A stretch of 63,969 nt of DNA from Negaprion brevirostris (lineage: Eukaryota), in NCBI GenBank assembly GCA_030324005.1, contig JARDVH010000132.1, positions 112,716,150-112,780,118 of the forward strand, written 5' to 3'. This document shows, piece after piece, positions 37,901-51,186 of the stretch. A program made the position numbers and the translations under genes. Each line of letters opens with the position of its first letter. Positions within the stretch are counted from its first letter, which is position 1. The notes under the pieces were generated by a model, which was not told the origin of the DNA, made no database searches, and saw nothing but the letters and a program-made list of their open reading frames with translations.

Positions 37901-38099
37901 ATCATTAACTGTCAGCAAAAGCCAAAATTACCCTAATGCGTTACTTACGTATACACTGATTCTGGAGGCAGTGCCAGGGTGTGCCCACTTCCGCATCCCT
38001 GCCACTGATTGGGAATGGGGGATATTCATAATCTCAAGTTAATGGCCAGTGTTCATGCCATTAGAGATGCAGCTAGATTCCCTCTCCCAAAATGAGGTT

Positions 38100-38533
38100 A
38101 ATGAACAAGACTGTAAGAAGCTACAAAAGATTGAGAACATAGCACAGTCCATCATGCAAACCAATCTTCCATCCATTGACTCCATCTACACTTCCCACTG
38201 CCTCGGAAAAGCAGCCAGCATAATCAAGGACTCTGGACATATTTTCTTCCATCTTCTTCCATCAGGAAAAGATACAAAAGTCTGAGGTGACGTACTAAGC
38301 AACTCAAAGAACAGTTTCTTCCCTGCTGCCATCAAACAGTTGAATGGGCTTATCGTCTATTAAGCTGATCTTTCTCTACACCCTAGCTGTGACTGCAACA
38401 CTACAATCTGCTCCCACTCCTTTCCTTCTCCCTTATGTACTCTATGAATGGTGTGNNNNNNNNNTGCAGCGCACAAGAAACAATACTTCTCACTGTATTC
38501 CAATACATGTGAAATTAATAAATCAAATCAAAT
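38100..38533 (+). mobile_element. Rex1/Babar-like LINE 3' fragment
   Basis: QDCKKLQKIENIAQSIMQTNLPSIDSIYTSHCLGKAASIIKD; tail aatacatgtgaaattaataaatcaaatcaaa. Confidence 0.75.
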
Positions 38534-39396
38534 TTTTAAAAAAAGTGTTCTTTGAAAACGGGACACTAAAAGATCGTGAAAAAAAAAAATTTTGCATGGT
38601 TTCGGGCCTTGACCTGAATCTGAGCCTCCAGATAGGCTTTATTTCGATCATTTAGCAGGTAGCAACAACAGGCCTCAACCTGATGCTGGGTATCATTGAG
38701 GCCCAGGAGCGTGGAAACTCCCATGCCTCTGTTCCCAGACGTGCCACAAAACTGACTGGGGCTTTGCCCACCACTTCAATTGCCAGCATAAGACTGAGGC
38801 ACCTTCTATCCAGATCCCTGCCAAATTTGCACCGGAATTATGGCAAGGGTCACAAATCCTCCAGGGTTAGCCTGAAGTCTCAACAAATCAAAAATTAATT
38901 TGTTGGGTGTTGCTTTGAGAAATATCATAGGAATATTAAAAAAAAGTGTTTGGAACACGTTTATACCAGTTATATTTTATGAGNNNNNNNNNNNNNNNNN
39001 NNNNNNNNNNNNNNNNNNNNNNNNNNNNNNNNNNNNNNNNNNNNNNNNNNNNNNNNNNNNNNNNNNNNNNNNNNNNNNNNNNNNNNNNNNNNNNNNNNNN
39101 NNNNNNNNNNNNNNNNGTTTTCACTATTCTGTCAAAAGACTTGTTGGGGAATAACTTTTTCTTTTGCACACGATAATCAGTGCACAACAAAATATAACAT
39201 CACTAAAATGTAGCATTTCGTCAATCAGCTGCTTCAAACAAAATGAATCAAATCAGAAATATATCTGATTTCAAATAAAATTAAAAAATCAGAAAACTGT
39301 AGTATATTTTACTTTATTTAAAATTCCTTTTGAAATGGTTTCCATGTTCTTACATCAATCTGTTAAAAACCCTGACCTTGCAGTCAGTGATGAAGC

Positions 39397-39678
39397 TAAA
39401 GTTTAAAGTTAATTTATTAGTATCACAAGTACGTCTACATTAATGCTGCAATGAAGTTACTGTGAAAATCGCCTAGTCGCCACATTCTGGTGTTTGTTCA
39501 GGTACACTCAGGGAGAATTTAGCATGGCCAATGCACCTAATCAGCAAGTCTTTTGGACTGTAGGAGGAAACCTGAGCATCCGGAAGAAACTCACGCAGAC
39601 ACGGGGAGAATGTGCAGACTCTGCACAGACAGAATCGAACCTGAGTCCCTGGCACAGTGCTAAACACTGTGCCACCGT
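39397..39678 (-). mobile_element. HE1-head SINE, Rex1-like tail
   Basis: Same antisense tail and head as 33602. Confidence 0.8.
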
Positions 39679-39909
39679 GTATTTCGCTGGTGGGAAAGTT
39701 TCATTCGTGGTCCAAAATCGTGTCCATCATTGGTATAATTGGCCGTCCATCTCCATGTGTGGGCAGTCAATCCTGGTCCCAGTTTACCCATGCGGACCTT
39801 CCCTGGCTAAGTAAATGCATGGTGGGGATATCCCAGAATGCTTCCCTCCATTGTCGCAATGCACTTGCCTCCAGAACTACCACTAAATAGCTGGGAAAAT
39901 TCAACCCCT

Positions 39910-40580
39910 AGTCTCTTGGCCTTCTCTTGTCACCACTTTATTTATGCAGCTGATCTAGTTAAGTTTCTGGTCAGTGGTAATCCACATTGACCTCTAATGT
40001 GGATTTGGGGATACAACAATGATAAAGTGCTGAACATCAAGGTTAGCTACTCTTGGACTAGTCATTGCCTGACTGTTGCATGGCACAATGTTATTTGCTA
40101 CTTATCAGCCCAAATCTGAATGTTGGCCTGGTCTTGATACATGTGTGCAAAGACTGCTTAACTATCTGGNNNNNNNNNNNNNNNNNNNNNNNATCAACAG
40201 CAAACATCTCCAGTTCTGTCCTTATGATGCAGGGAAGGTCATTGATGGAGCAGCTAAAAAAATGGTTGGGCCTAGGATACTATCCTGAGGAACTCCCTTG
40301 CAATGATGTCCTGGAGCTGAGACACTTGACCTCTAACAAACACAACCATCTTCCTTTAGGCCCAGAATGGCTCCAACCAATGGAGGGTTTTACTCCTGAC
40401 GCCCATTGATCTCAATTTTACTCAGACTTCTTGATGTCGCAACAAGTTAATTCTGCCTTGATGGCAAGGACAGTCATTTCTGGAATTCAGTTCTTTTGTC
40501 TGTGTCTGGATGGCATTCTGAAGCTGAGTGGTCCAGCCTAAACCCAAACTGAGCATCAATCAGGAGGTCATTGATGATTT
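39910..40580 (-). mobile_element. CR1-clade LINE RT fragment (same family as 18430 and 55160-55380)
   Basis: ggaaggtcattgatg..gcagct..aaaatggttgggcctaggatactatcctgaggaactcc is the antisense of GVPQDSILGPTIF. Confidence 0.7.
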
Positions 40581-40973
40581 TTATAACAAGTGTAAAGTGG
40601 GTGAAATCTGATCAGCCAGCAATGAATACCATTCTACCCAATGGGTAGATGTTTGCTGATGATTGCAAATGTTTTTTGCTAACTAGAAAAACTATATTCG
40701 AAGGGAATGTGGGTCAGCATTACAGTGCTTCTTTGAGCATGTGTCTCTGCTTGGGGTGCAGGATTGGAAACATTTGACCCTCTTAATTCATTGCATAGTT
40801 TCAAGCTCTTAGACTTTTGCTTTTAGTTTGATGATGTTCCTCTTTCGACTCCCGTTTGGCCTCTTTCTGTGCTGAAAATTTTTTGGTTCTTTATTTCTCC
40901 ATCGTTCTCCCTTTGCCAACACTATCTACCAGTAATCGAGGGCAATCTGATCCCATTCCACGCGAGGAGTAAT

Positions 40974-41230
40974 TGTTACATTCTTCTCTTCAACATAAGC
41001 ACACCAATCATGTGACAAGGATTAGTAAAGCATTAAGCTAGGTTCCTGATTTGAAGATACTATATACACATAGTGTTAACTGGGAGGCTCAGTATGCATG
41101 TCTGACTTCTGCATGCTGCTGTTATACACTGAGTACAGATTCATGGAGCCATTACGTCACATCCTGCCTCAATGACAATGATTGACAGTGAGTCCTTAAA
41201 AGCACATACATCACAACATCCCCTTTTTTT
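40974..41230 (-). mobile_element. Gypsy-type 3' LTR with polypurine tract
   Basis: TGTTACA...ACAACA ends (40974-41218). On the minus strand AAAAAAAGGGGA directly precedes TGTTGTGA. Confidence 0.6.
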
Positions 41231-41397
41231 CTAAACTGGAGATTTACTCTTAAAGAATTGAACTATTTACACGACAGCAAATAACAATGGGCGGGATCTG
41301 GTTGATTAGCATAGTGGGGTGGGAAATCTTTAGCAGAGGGCTAAAGCAAATTGCACCCGGTGTTAGGCCTTTTGTGATCCTCCCAAGCCATTTTTGC

Positions 41398-41692
41398 TGG
41401 TGGCATGGTAACACAGTGGTCAGCGCAGTTGCTTCACAGCACGCAGGGACCCAGGTTCAATTCCCAGCTTGGGCCATTGTCTGTGCAGAGTCTGCATGTT
41501 CTCCCCATGTCCGTATGAGTTTCCTCCAGGTGCTCTGGTTTCCTCCCACAGTCTGAAAGACGCGCTGGTTAGGTACATTGACAGGTACTGGGCTGTAATG
41601 ACTAGAGGAATTTCAGAGTAACTTCATTGCAGTGTTAATGTAAGCCTTACTTGTGACTAATAAACAAACTTTAAGCTTTTTTACTTTACTTT
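41398..41692 (+). mobile_element. HE1-head SINE, Rex1-like tail
   Basis: Tail gtgttaatgtaagccttacttgtgactaataaacaaactt. Confidence 0.85.
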
Positions 41693-42749
41693 TAATGAGC
41701 CTCAAACTAGTGAACTTGATGAGAAATGGAACTTACTCCTTCAAAGAGAAAATCAAAAGTGAAAGAGTCTTTTTTGCAGCCTTCAAATAGCTATTAGAAG
41801 CTGTAGGGAGCTGATTCTTGATAGATTTTCTTCCCTATCCCAAAATATAGTATTTTAATTGATTTGGAGCCTCCAGCAGGGACAACAATCAGCAGAAAGG
41901 GAATCCTCTCTCTGTGGAGTTGTGCTTACAGCTAGGTCTCCCAGGGTTTTCTGTTTATTCATTATTCCTGCACAACCATAGCAGAAGGTAACCTACTGGC
42001 AACATGCTTTTGAAGATTTGACTGAGAAGTATACGAGCTTANNNNNNNNNNNNNNNNNNNNNNNNNNNNNNNNNNNNNNNNNNNNNNNNNNNNNNNNNNN
42101 NNNNNNNNNNNNNNNNNNNNNNNNNNNNNNNNNNNNNNNNNNNNNNNNNNNNNNNNNNNNNNNNNNNNNNNNNNNNNNNNNNNNNNNNNNNNNNNNNNNN
42201 NNNNNNNNNNNNNNNNNNNNNNNNNNNNNNNNNNNNNNNNNNNNNNNNNNNNNNNNNNNNNNNNNNNNNNNNNNNNNNNNNNNNNNNNNNNNNNNNNNNN
42301 NNNNNNNNNNNNNNNNNNNNNNNNNNNNNNNNNNNNNNNNNNNNNNNNNNNNNNNNNNNNNNNNNNNNNNNNNNNNNNNNNNNNNNNNNNNNNNNNNNNN
42401 NNNNNNNNNNNNNNNNNNNNNNNNNNNNNNNNNNNNNNNNNNNNNNNNNNNNNNNNNNNNNNNNNNNNNNNNNNNNNNNNNNNNNNNNNNNNNNNNNNNN
42501 NNNNNNNNNNNNNNNNNNNNNNNNNNNNNNNNNNNNNNNNNNNNNNNNNNNNNNNNNNNNNNNNNNNNNNNNNNNNNNNNNNNNNNNNNNNNNNNNNNNN
42601 NNNNNNNNNNNNNNNNNNNNNNNNNNNNNNNNNNNNNNNNNNNNNNNNNNNNNNNNNNNNNNNNNNNNNNNNNNNNNNNNNNNNNNNNNNNNNNNNNNNN
42701 NNNNNNNNNNNNNNNNNNNNNNNNNNNNNNNNNNNNNNNNNNNNNNNNN

Positions 42750-42888
42750 TGAGTTTGTGTCTTTATATGCTCTGTTTGTGAACAGAATTACCACTCACCT
42801 GATGAAGGAGTAGTGCTTCAAAAGCTAGTGGATTTTGTTACCAAATAAATCTGTTAGACTTTAACCTGGTGTTGTGGACTTCTTACTG
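42750..42888 (+). mobile_element. Penelope-like element pseudo-LTR end
   Basis: cacctgatgaaggagtagtgcttcaaaagctagtg...aaataaatctgttagactttaacctggtgttgtggacttcttact; the upstream part is lost in the N gap. Confidence 0.7.
42796..42827 (+). ncRNA. Degenerate minimal hammerhead ribozyme motif (Penelope-associated)
   Basis: CTGATGA core, stem II GGAG-tagtg-CTTC, then AAAAGC in place of GAAAGC; probably inactive. Confidence 0.5.
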
Positions 42889-42949
42889 AATTCAGAGACA
42901 TGGAATGACAGCATCACATTCTACTTCAGATTGGTAATCTATAGCCAAA

Positions 42950-43155
42950 AATGTGCAGTTTAAGTGGATTGGCCATGCCAAGTTACCTCTTAGTGTCCAA
43001 AGTTGTATAGCTTTGGTGAATCAGCTGTAGTAAAATAGATAGGTTACAGAGCTAGGACCAAGGAGGTGGGCCTAGTAGGGATGTTCTCTTGGGGAGTCAG
43101 TGTAGACTCAGGCTGAATGGCCTCCTTCTGCACTGTAGGAATTCTATGATTCTAA
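42950..43155 (+). mobile_element. HE1-type SINE 3' half
   Basis: gtggattggccatgc...ctgaatggcctccttctgcactgtaggaattctatgattcta. Confidence 0.75.
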
Positions 43156-43499
43156 TGATTTGGATGAAGGGACCAAATATATGGTAGCTATATCTGCTGA
43201 TGATACCAAGATAGGTAGGAAAGTAAGCGTCAAGAGAAGGACAAGAACCTGCAAAGAGATATGGATTGGTTAATTGAGTGGGAAAAACATCTGACAGATG
43301 GAGTATAATGTGGGAAAAGGTAAATTGTCCACTTTGACAGAAAAGAGTATACTATTTAAATGGAGGGGGATAATTGAACTTGGTGGTACAGAGGGGTTTC
43401 CATTGGGCTGGTCCATGGCTTGGCAAAATACTACAGCAGGTTTGCTGTTGTGTTCTGCAGTATGGCTGGCTTAGAAGTTCTCCCACTCTCATTGCCTGT

Positions 43500-44630
43500 T
43501 TAGTTACCCTGCTAGTCCTGGTGGGACATAAGGCCACAGAATGTTTCTCCATCGGGCCTTGTTTCATGCTTTGGTTTGTGCACTGTCCCATCTCATCCCC
43601 ACCTCTTCCAGTTCAGTCAGTATAGTTCCACGCCATATCGTGTTTGGCCTGTCCTATTTACCTTTCCCACCTGGTATGCATCTTAGAACAACCTTTGGTA
43701 TTCGCTTTTGGGACATTCTTGGCACATACCTGAGCCATCTTATCGAGTGCCCCTTGACCTCAAGGACAATGCAGTAGTAGCCAACCTCCTCGTACAGGTC
43801 CTCACTGGAAATTTTATTTGGTCATTAAGTATTACAGATCTCACAACTGTTATGAAAGGTCTTGACCTTGTCCATGTCTGTCTTCACTACCCTCCAGCAT
43901 TCAGATCCATACAGCAGGACTGACATCACATTACTGTTATAGAGTCTGATTTTGGGCTTCAGATTGTCCTGTTTGGACTTCCAGATGGTTCGAAGCCTGC
44001 TAAATGACACCATGATTGGTGGGAAAGTAAGCTGTCAAGAGCAGTTAGAAAGTCTGCGATAGGCAAGTTAAGTGCATGGGGAAAGCAATTGGCAGATGGA
44101 GTATAATGTGGGAAAATGTGAACTTGTCTACTTTAGCAGAAAGAATAAAAAGGCAGTATACTATTTAAATGGAGAGATTGCTGAATTTGGAGGTACAGAG
44201 AGATGTCCATTGGATTTTGTTTGGTACCTCTAGCTTTATTCAGCCAGGCATTGGTGTCTCTCTTAACACTGTTATCATTGCTGATAAGGCTCCCGAGCCA
44301 AGAGAAATCCTTGACATACCCTAGTGGTTCCCCATCGATGGTAATTGGTGATACCACTGGTGTGTTGATGCTCATGATGCTTGTTGATATGTATACTAGT
44401 CTGTTTTACACACATGTTGAGTCTGTCAGGCTTCTCCTGGAGGGGAATGGCAGGAAGATCATCAGTCAAGTCGAATCCTTCAAGTACAAAAAGAGCATTC
44501 ACTGAATTCCGTGGGTTGGTTTGATGTTTGACGTTTGACCCAGTCAATGGTGATGAGAAATAGAATAGGAGAGAGAGTGCAGCCCTGGGGCACTCCAGAC
44601 TTCAAACCACTCAGGCAATAGAATCCAGCA
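43500..44630 (-). mobile_element. RTE-clade LINE (RT to 3' end), interrupted at 44010-44210
   Basis: GVPQGCTLSPILFLITIDWV, ITIDGEPLGYVKDFSWLGSLIS, FSRLRTIWKSK...KIRLYNSNVMSVLLYGSECW, and terminal ALCPTR. Confidence 0.85.
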
Positions 44631-45245
44631 TTTCCCATTGGCAAAATCATCTCGTCCCACCGAAAGTNNNNNNNNNNNNNNNNNNNNNNNNNNNNNNNNN
44701 NNNNNNNNNNNNNNNNNNNNNNNNNNNNNNNNNNNNNNNNNNNNNNNNNNNNNNNNNNNNNNNNNNNNNNNNNNNNNNNNNNNNNNNNNNNNNNNNNNNN
44801 NNNNNNNNNNNNNNNNNNNNNNNNNNNNNNNNNNNNNNNNNNNNNNNNNNNNNNNNNNNNNNNNNNNNNNNNNNNNNNNNNNNNNNNNNNNNNNNNNNNN
44901 NNNNNNNNNNNNNNNNNNNNNNNNNNNNNNNNNNNNNNNNNNNNNNNNNNNNNNNNNNNNNNNNNNNNNNNNNNNNNNNNNNNNNNNNNNNNNNNNNNNN
45001 NNNNNNNNNNNNNNNNNNNNNNNNNNNNNNNNNNNNNNNAATGCACGCGTGTACGCATGCAGACACACACAACCAGAAAATCCAGCCCAGTGTATTTTCC
45101 AGGCAGTTCCAGAGTTAATATTATTGGGTTAAATTTGGGCCGATGAAACATCCAGTTTGGTTTACAAAACCAAAACACTATGGATGCTGGAAATCTAAAA
45201 TAAAGGACAAAAAGCTGGAGGAACCCAGAAGGTCAGGCAGAGTTA

Positions 45246-46188
45246 GCACGGGCGATTCTGCCAAAAAAAAGTTCGAAGTGCTGAACTAGGGGGAAACGAT
45301 GGTGTAAATCATGATTGTTTTCTCAGTGGGAGTTCAGATTCAAGTCTCCCACACTCTACTATGCANNNNNNNNNNAAGCTCAGGGGCTGGGGCCTATTCA
45401 CACTGGAGTGTGACCGTTCCAGAACTCTGCGCGTGGGCAATGGCCCCGGACTATCAGCCCCCTGATTGCTGGCCAGCTCGATCCTTTGCCAGCATGGGTC
45501 CCCGGCAGCGCTGCCCCTCTGCCCCCCCACAATCCAATCGTGGCCTGCACAAGCAGTCCTTGGCCAACTCCAACCCCCCGATCCCGAAGTGCCCTGATCT
45601 CCAGCCCTCTCCCCTTCCCAATAATGACGATCCTCCCACCACCCCCCCCCCCCCCCCCCATCCTGGCAGACCCCCCTGGCAGACCCCAGGNNNNNNNNNN
45701 NNNNNNNNNNNNNNNNNNNNNNNNNNNNNATTCCCTTAGGCCCTGCCCACAATAGGCTCCATCTCCTTGGCAATGCCTGGTGAGCAGTGCCAAGGTGCCC
45801 CTTGGCATGGGCACTTTTCCCTTTGGGCAGTACCAGAAGCTGGCACTGTCAGAATGCCCATATCCAAGGGGCACCACCCTCTAGCTACACAACCCCCTGG
45901 GAGACCCCAGTTGCCCATCCTTCACTCCAGCGGGGTCTCCCATAGTTCCCCAAAAGTGGGGAGCTACTCTAAACCACACAGGACTGAAATCAGGCCCAGA
46001 GAATTCAGTCCCGGGCCTGATAATCACATTTAAATTAAATTACAAATGGATTAAAATCACTTATCTGGTTTTCCAGCGTGGCCTCGACCCCGCCTGTGCT
46101 CTGACGGTGGGAGACACGCGTGCATTGGGAACGCATGAATGAATCCTGCAGATTGGCACATGCGGGTCAGAATGGGAGAATTGCGCCC
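45246..46188 (+). mobile_element. GC-rich non-autonomous TIR element (Harbinger-like)
   Basis: Ends gggcgattctgcc ... gggagaattgcgccc. Sits between two halves of a Penelope-derived repeat (45170-45245 and ~46345-46400). Confidence 0.6.
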
Positions 46189-47724
46189 AACATTTCAGCT
46201 CAATGACCTTACACCAGAACTAAAAGGCCACAGGAGGCAGAGCCCCCCCAGCAGACCCCATCCTCCCCCAGGCTACCCCGAACCCTGACCTCCCTCCAGT
46301 CCCGATCAATCCCAGTGGCCGCGGGACCCCCCATCCCCACCCTGTTACTCTCCACCGACGCAGTGTGACCTGCTGAGTTTCTCCAACATTTTTTGGCTCT
46401 TAAATCGAACTTGGCTTTTTTTTGTCCCTCAAGAAACAAGGAAAGTGAGCGTTGCTAATAAGTTTTCAGGAGGGTAGCTCGCTGTAAAATTGATGATTGA
46501 CACATACAAATAAAAGGGCTTATACTGTCCTCAGGAGTATACTCAGCCTGTGTGAGGTACTGCCACGGGAGCGGCACCTCCACATGTTTCTTTTCAGACA
46601 GCGTGATTTATTCCAGAGGCTTTTCACACCTGGAGGGTTTCAAAAGGCAAATTGCAGGTGTCGCTCTGTTTCTCGAATGCTGGCTCCAGCTAGTCTAGCC
46701 AACATCTGGATTGGATATCAGGAGTGGGAAAGGCCAGCTGTGTGGGGAATCTCTTCATCTACTTGACGTGTTTAGGGCCTACCCCAACCCTCCCGGATGG
46801 ACAGGAAAGCAGGAATTAAAAACCGCTGCAATTGATCTGTATTTTCTTTCCCCCCCGGCGCGTGTTTGGCTTTGCAATTCTGAGAATAAGTGGAAATATG
46901 AAGATGACAAAAGGACTAAGTCTGGTCGGCCAAGCAAAACTAATGGATGCTTTGCCATGAGAAAATAGTTCCACCACCTGAGTAACCCTATTTATCCCTG
47001 TTACATTGTACACAATGAAAGTAATCTTAAATGCTTTGCTTAACTGCATTCCAATACAGCAATGCTTTATCTCCCATTATTCTGCATATGAATAGATTAG
47101 GCTTGAAATGCAACAGTTCTGAAGGCCAATAAGGCTTCACTGGAAATAATGGGACTGCCACAAAAAATGAAAAAGTTCACAGGCATTAAAGTGAAGCTTT
47201 CTTCTTATAATTCACTAAATGATTTAATTTATAGTGTTATTAGTTTTGTAATTAACGGCCCCATTCAGCACAGACGAATGCATCATTTGATAACAGTAAA
47301 CCTAATCTCATCTTTTTTTTAATTTCAATGATGTGTCTGGCACACTTTCAACACTTTCCTGGATATGTGGTAGAAACATTGTATTACGGAAACACAGGAA
47401 CAATATAGGATGCCCAAGACACCACGCTTAGTAAATGAATTAAGGCTCTGCCTCTTTAATGTTGCTCCAAGTTTTCTGTGTTTTCCTGAGGTTGTGGTAA
47501 CAGGAGTGACGGGTGTGTGGCTGGGGAGGTGGATGTCGGGGGAGTGTAAAGCTTGACCTGCACCTTCAGTAGGCAGTGAGATAGGAGGAGGTGAATTGCA
47601 TTCTCTGCCTCTCATCTTGTTTTCTCTGTATGCTCCCACAAGGATGCTCAGAGGGTAGAGTGTAGCAGTCTGTCTCGGTGAAGTAGGCCCATTTTCAAAA
47701 TTATTATGAGCAGCCCTCAGCTAG

Positions 47725-48362
47725 AGCCATGGAGATATTCAGCATGGAAACAGGCCCTTCGGCCCAACTCATCCATGCCAACTAGGTTTCCTAAACTGAA
47801 CTAACCTCATTTGCCTGTGTTTGGCCCATATCCCTCTAAATCTTTCCTGTCCAAATGTCTTTTAAATGTTGTAATTGTACCTGCCTCTACCGCCTCATTC
47901 CATGTACATACCACTCTGTGTGTGAACAAGTTGCCCCTCGGTCCCTTTCAAATCTTTCCCCTCTCATCTTAAATCTATTTCCTCTAGTTTTAGACTTCCC
48001 TAACCTGGGGAAAAGAGCTTATCTATACTTCTCCTGATTTTATAAACCTCTATAAGGTTACCCCTCATCCTCCTACATTCTGAGAAAAGAAGTCCCAGTC
48101 TATCCAGCCCCTCCTAATAATTCAAATCTTCCAGCCCTGGTATCATCCTTGTAAATCTTTTTTGCACCATTTCCAGTTTAATAACATCCTTCCTATTGCA
48201 GGACAACCAGAATTGTACGCAGTACTCCAAATGTGGCCTTACCAATGTCTTGCACAGTTGTAACATAACATCCCAACTCCTGTACTCAATGCTCTGACCG
48301 TTGAAGGCAAGTGTGTCAAATATCTTCTTCAACACCCTGTCTACCTATGAAGGAACTATGTA
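47725..48362 (-). mobile_element. CR1 LINE 3' portion
   Basis: ORF 48114..48335 (GQSIEYRSWDVMLQLCKTLVRPHLEYCVQFW...VQKRFTRMIPGL). Confidence 0.9.
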
Positions 48363-48769
48363 CCCACACCTCACGGTCTTGCTGCAGGATCATGAGATTG
48401 GGTTGGTAAATTGTGGTACTCAATTTCTAATCACTGACTAATTTCACAAAGGGTTCTTCAGCAGGCATCCCAATAAACATATTCAAGTGCTTAATGCTAG
48501 TTTAACTAATTGCTTGGGACATTTTAAATATGAACCCCACATATTTTACAATGGGACCAAAGCCTGCCACGTTTGAATAGGCAATTCCACTGCTAAATAG
48601 GCATTTTTTACATCTATTTTAAACCAGAAAATGTGCAAAACTCGTACCAATTTCTCCTATAAATCCAAGGCATTACTTCATAAAGAATGCTCCTCTGGTT
48701 TCATTGCATGGAGGAAAGATCTCACCATTCCTGCTCTACAAGAAAACTCATCCCTCATAAAGTAGAAAG

Positions 48770-48975
48770 AGCTTTTATGAAAGAAACACATATTTGCGAT
48801 ATGCTTTTCGCAACCTCAAGATGGCCCAAAGTTCTTTGCAGCCAATGAAAATGATTGCAATGTGGAAAAACTAGCACAGCAAGGACCTAGCAAACAGCAA
48901 CGTGAGAATGACTGGACAAATCTGTTTAGCCATGCTGACTGAAAGGTAATCGTTGATCAGAACATGGTGGGGGCC
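48770..48975 (-). mobile_element. Deu-domain SINE remnant
   Basis: gcttttcgcaacctcaagatggcccaaagttctttgcagccaatgaa...gcacagcaagga...aaacagcaacgtgagaatgac. Confidence 0.6.
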
Positions 48976-49924
48976 AGGAAGTCAAGTTAGGAGGTCGGTG
49001 CTTAGGGGTGGGGTGGGGAGATCACAAAAAACTGAATAACAAAAGAAAACAAATAGGCTTCAGCAGTGGGAATGAGAGGCCTGGATCTACTGATATACAT
49101 TCACATTCATATAGATTTCCATGTATTTTTGTAACAATGTTTCCCAAAATTCCTTATCACGTTCCTCATTCTCCTTAATTTAACAAGACCCGTAACATCC
49201 ATATGACAATTCCAAAACTGTGAAACACTAACTAACATCAAACAACATAATTGAATCTGGCCCACATTATCATATTGGTTGCGAGAATTGTGCATCAAAA
49301 TCATCTCATAACTGTTGCAGGAACACATTTTGTTTGTGAATTATATTACATATTATGATGTGCATTTCGTTGCGTATATACCCAGTGAAAACTACAGAAC
49401 AAGAAAATACAATTTGCAGCATAATATTCTCCTTTATTCATGTAAAATGAATCTGTAATTAGAAATGTAGAATTTTTATTCATCCTAATGTACAGTATTC
49501 CTGTTTTGAAAGTTAATTGTGGGGGGAGTGCTCAAGGCTGAAGGTTCACCTCAAGCAACTAATAATCCTACATCATGTCCATATGAGAGGGCAAATGAGG
49601 CCTCACTGGAAGTCTCACATGAATGAAGGCACTTCTGATAAGGCAGGACTCCCTCAGTACTGGATGGAAGTGTCAGCATGGATTGTGTGCTNNNNNNNNN
49701 NGGGGGGCCTCTTCCCAGTTCCACAAATGCAGACCAAGGCACTGCGGCTTTATCTCCTCTCCAGCACCTACTGCACCACAACCAATTCCCACCTCAGATT
49801 TGAACCCTTTCAGCAACACCCCCCCCACCCCCTGCCCAGGTGACCATCTCAGCCCAGGAACCAACCTTCCTTCAGCCCAGACACAAACTAGGTTGCCTCA
49901 TCTTCGGTAGCCAGACACAAATGA

Positions 49925-50240
49925 GGCACGGTGGCACAGCGGTTAGCAATGCTGCCTCACAGGGCCAGGGACCTGGCTCCGATTCCGGCCTCAGGCGACT
50001 GTGTGGAGTTTGCACAATCTCCCTGCGTCTGCTTGGGTTTCCTCCAGGTGCTTAGGTTTCCTCCCACACTCCAAAGATGTTTGGGTTAGGTTGGTTGGCC
50101 ATGCTAAATTGACACTCAGTGTCAGGGGGTTTGCAAGGTATGTATTTGGGGTTACAGGGATAGGGCCTTGGTGGGATAATTGTCAATGGAGGCTTGATGG
50201 GTGAATGGCCTCTTTCTGCATTGTAGGGATCCTATGATTC
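49925..50240 (+). mobile_element. HE1-type SINE, CR1 tail
   Basis: ggcacggtggcacagcggttagcaatgctgcctcac ... gtagggatcctatgattc. Confidence 0.85.
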
Positions 50241-50339
50241 AATAATTCTATGATTGTGTTTCTGAATTTAACAAGAGGTCACAGATCTTTAGTGCACTTG
50301 CTCTTGTTCATCAGGCTTATAGTGCACAACAAAGGCTGG

Positions 50340-51186
50340 GGTTCATACCTCACTAATGTCTCCCAGCGCCGGATTTCTGGGTGTCTGTTCCAGGCCAGAA
50401 ATCTGTGGGGAGGTGTCAAGGCCATTAATGTGGTCATTTTAATCTTACTTAAACGAGATTAACGGGTCCAGGGCTGAAGTATTGCATCTCCTCACCCCTC
50501 CCCGTGCTCCCCTCCCCTGGCCAGAGTGGTTCACTCCAGAGGGGATTACAGTAGATCCCCACTTTTGGGAAGCTAGTAGCCACACCTTGTTGGAGTGAAG
50601 AAGGAGCAATTGGGGCTCCCCAGGCAGTGGGATGGTGGGAGCAAGTGGAAGTGCACTGGTCATTGGTACCCTGGCAGTGCCAGCCTGGGCCCCCTGGCAG
50701 GGTGAAGGTGCAAAGTGCTGGTGTGCTGGGGGCATCTTGACACTATGCAAGGGATGGATCATATGAGGGGGGAGGCCTAGGGGACGGGACATATTCGGGT
50801 GATCGGTCGGGGTGTCCTGCTGCCACTAATGCATAGGGATTGGTGGGGGAAGGAGGGAGGCCAGTGATTGGAGTGGGCTGGGGATGGTGTCAACCAGAGG
50901 GGGTGGTCAGCCTGCTGAGGGGGTCGGCACTGCAAGGGGAGGGGTAACTGTTGGGGGTGGATTCAGTGGAGGTGAGGGACTGGAAATCGAGGCGGGATGG
51001 GATTAGGGAGATCTGGGAAAAGGCCCTGTCCCCTGAAATTTAATGATATTCACGTTGTTGGCCTCTGCAGTGCACAGAATATGGGGAGATTCTTCTCTGA
51101 ATACTCACCGGAAAAAAAACAGCGTGAATTACGCCACTCTTCACGTGAAACCGACACTTTTGAATTTTTTGGGGAGAAATCAGGCC
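50340..51186 (-). mobile_element. GC-rich non-autonomous TIR element, same family as 45246 (inverted)
   Basis: The reverse complement of 51060-51186 matches the start of the 45246 element. Confidence 0.6.
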
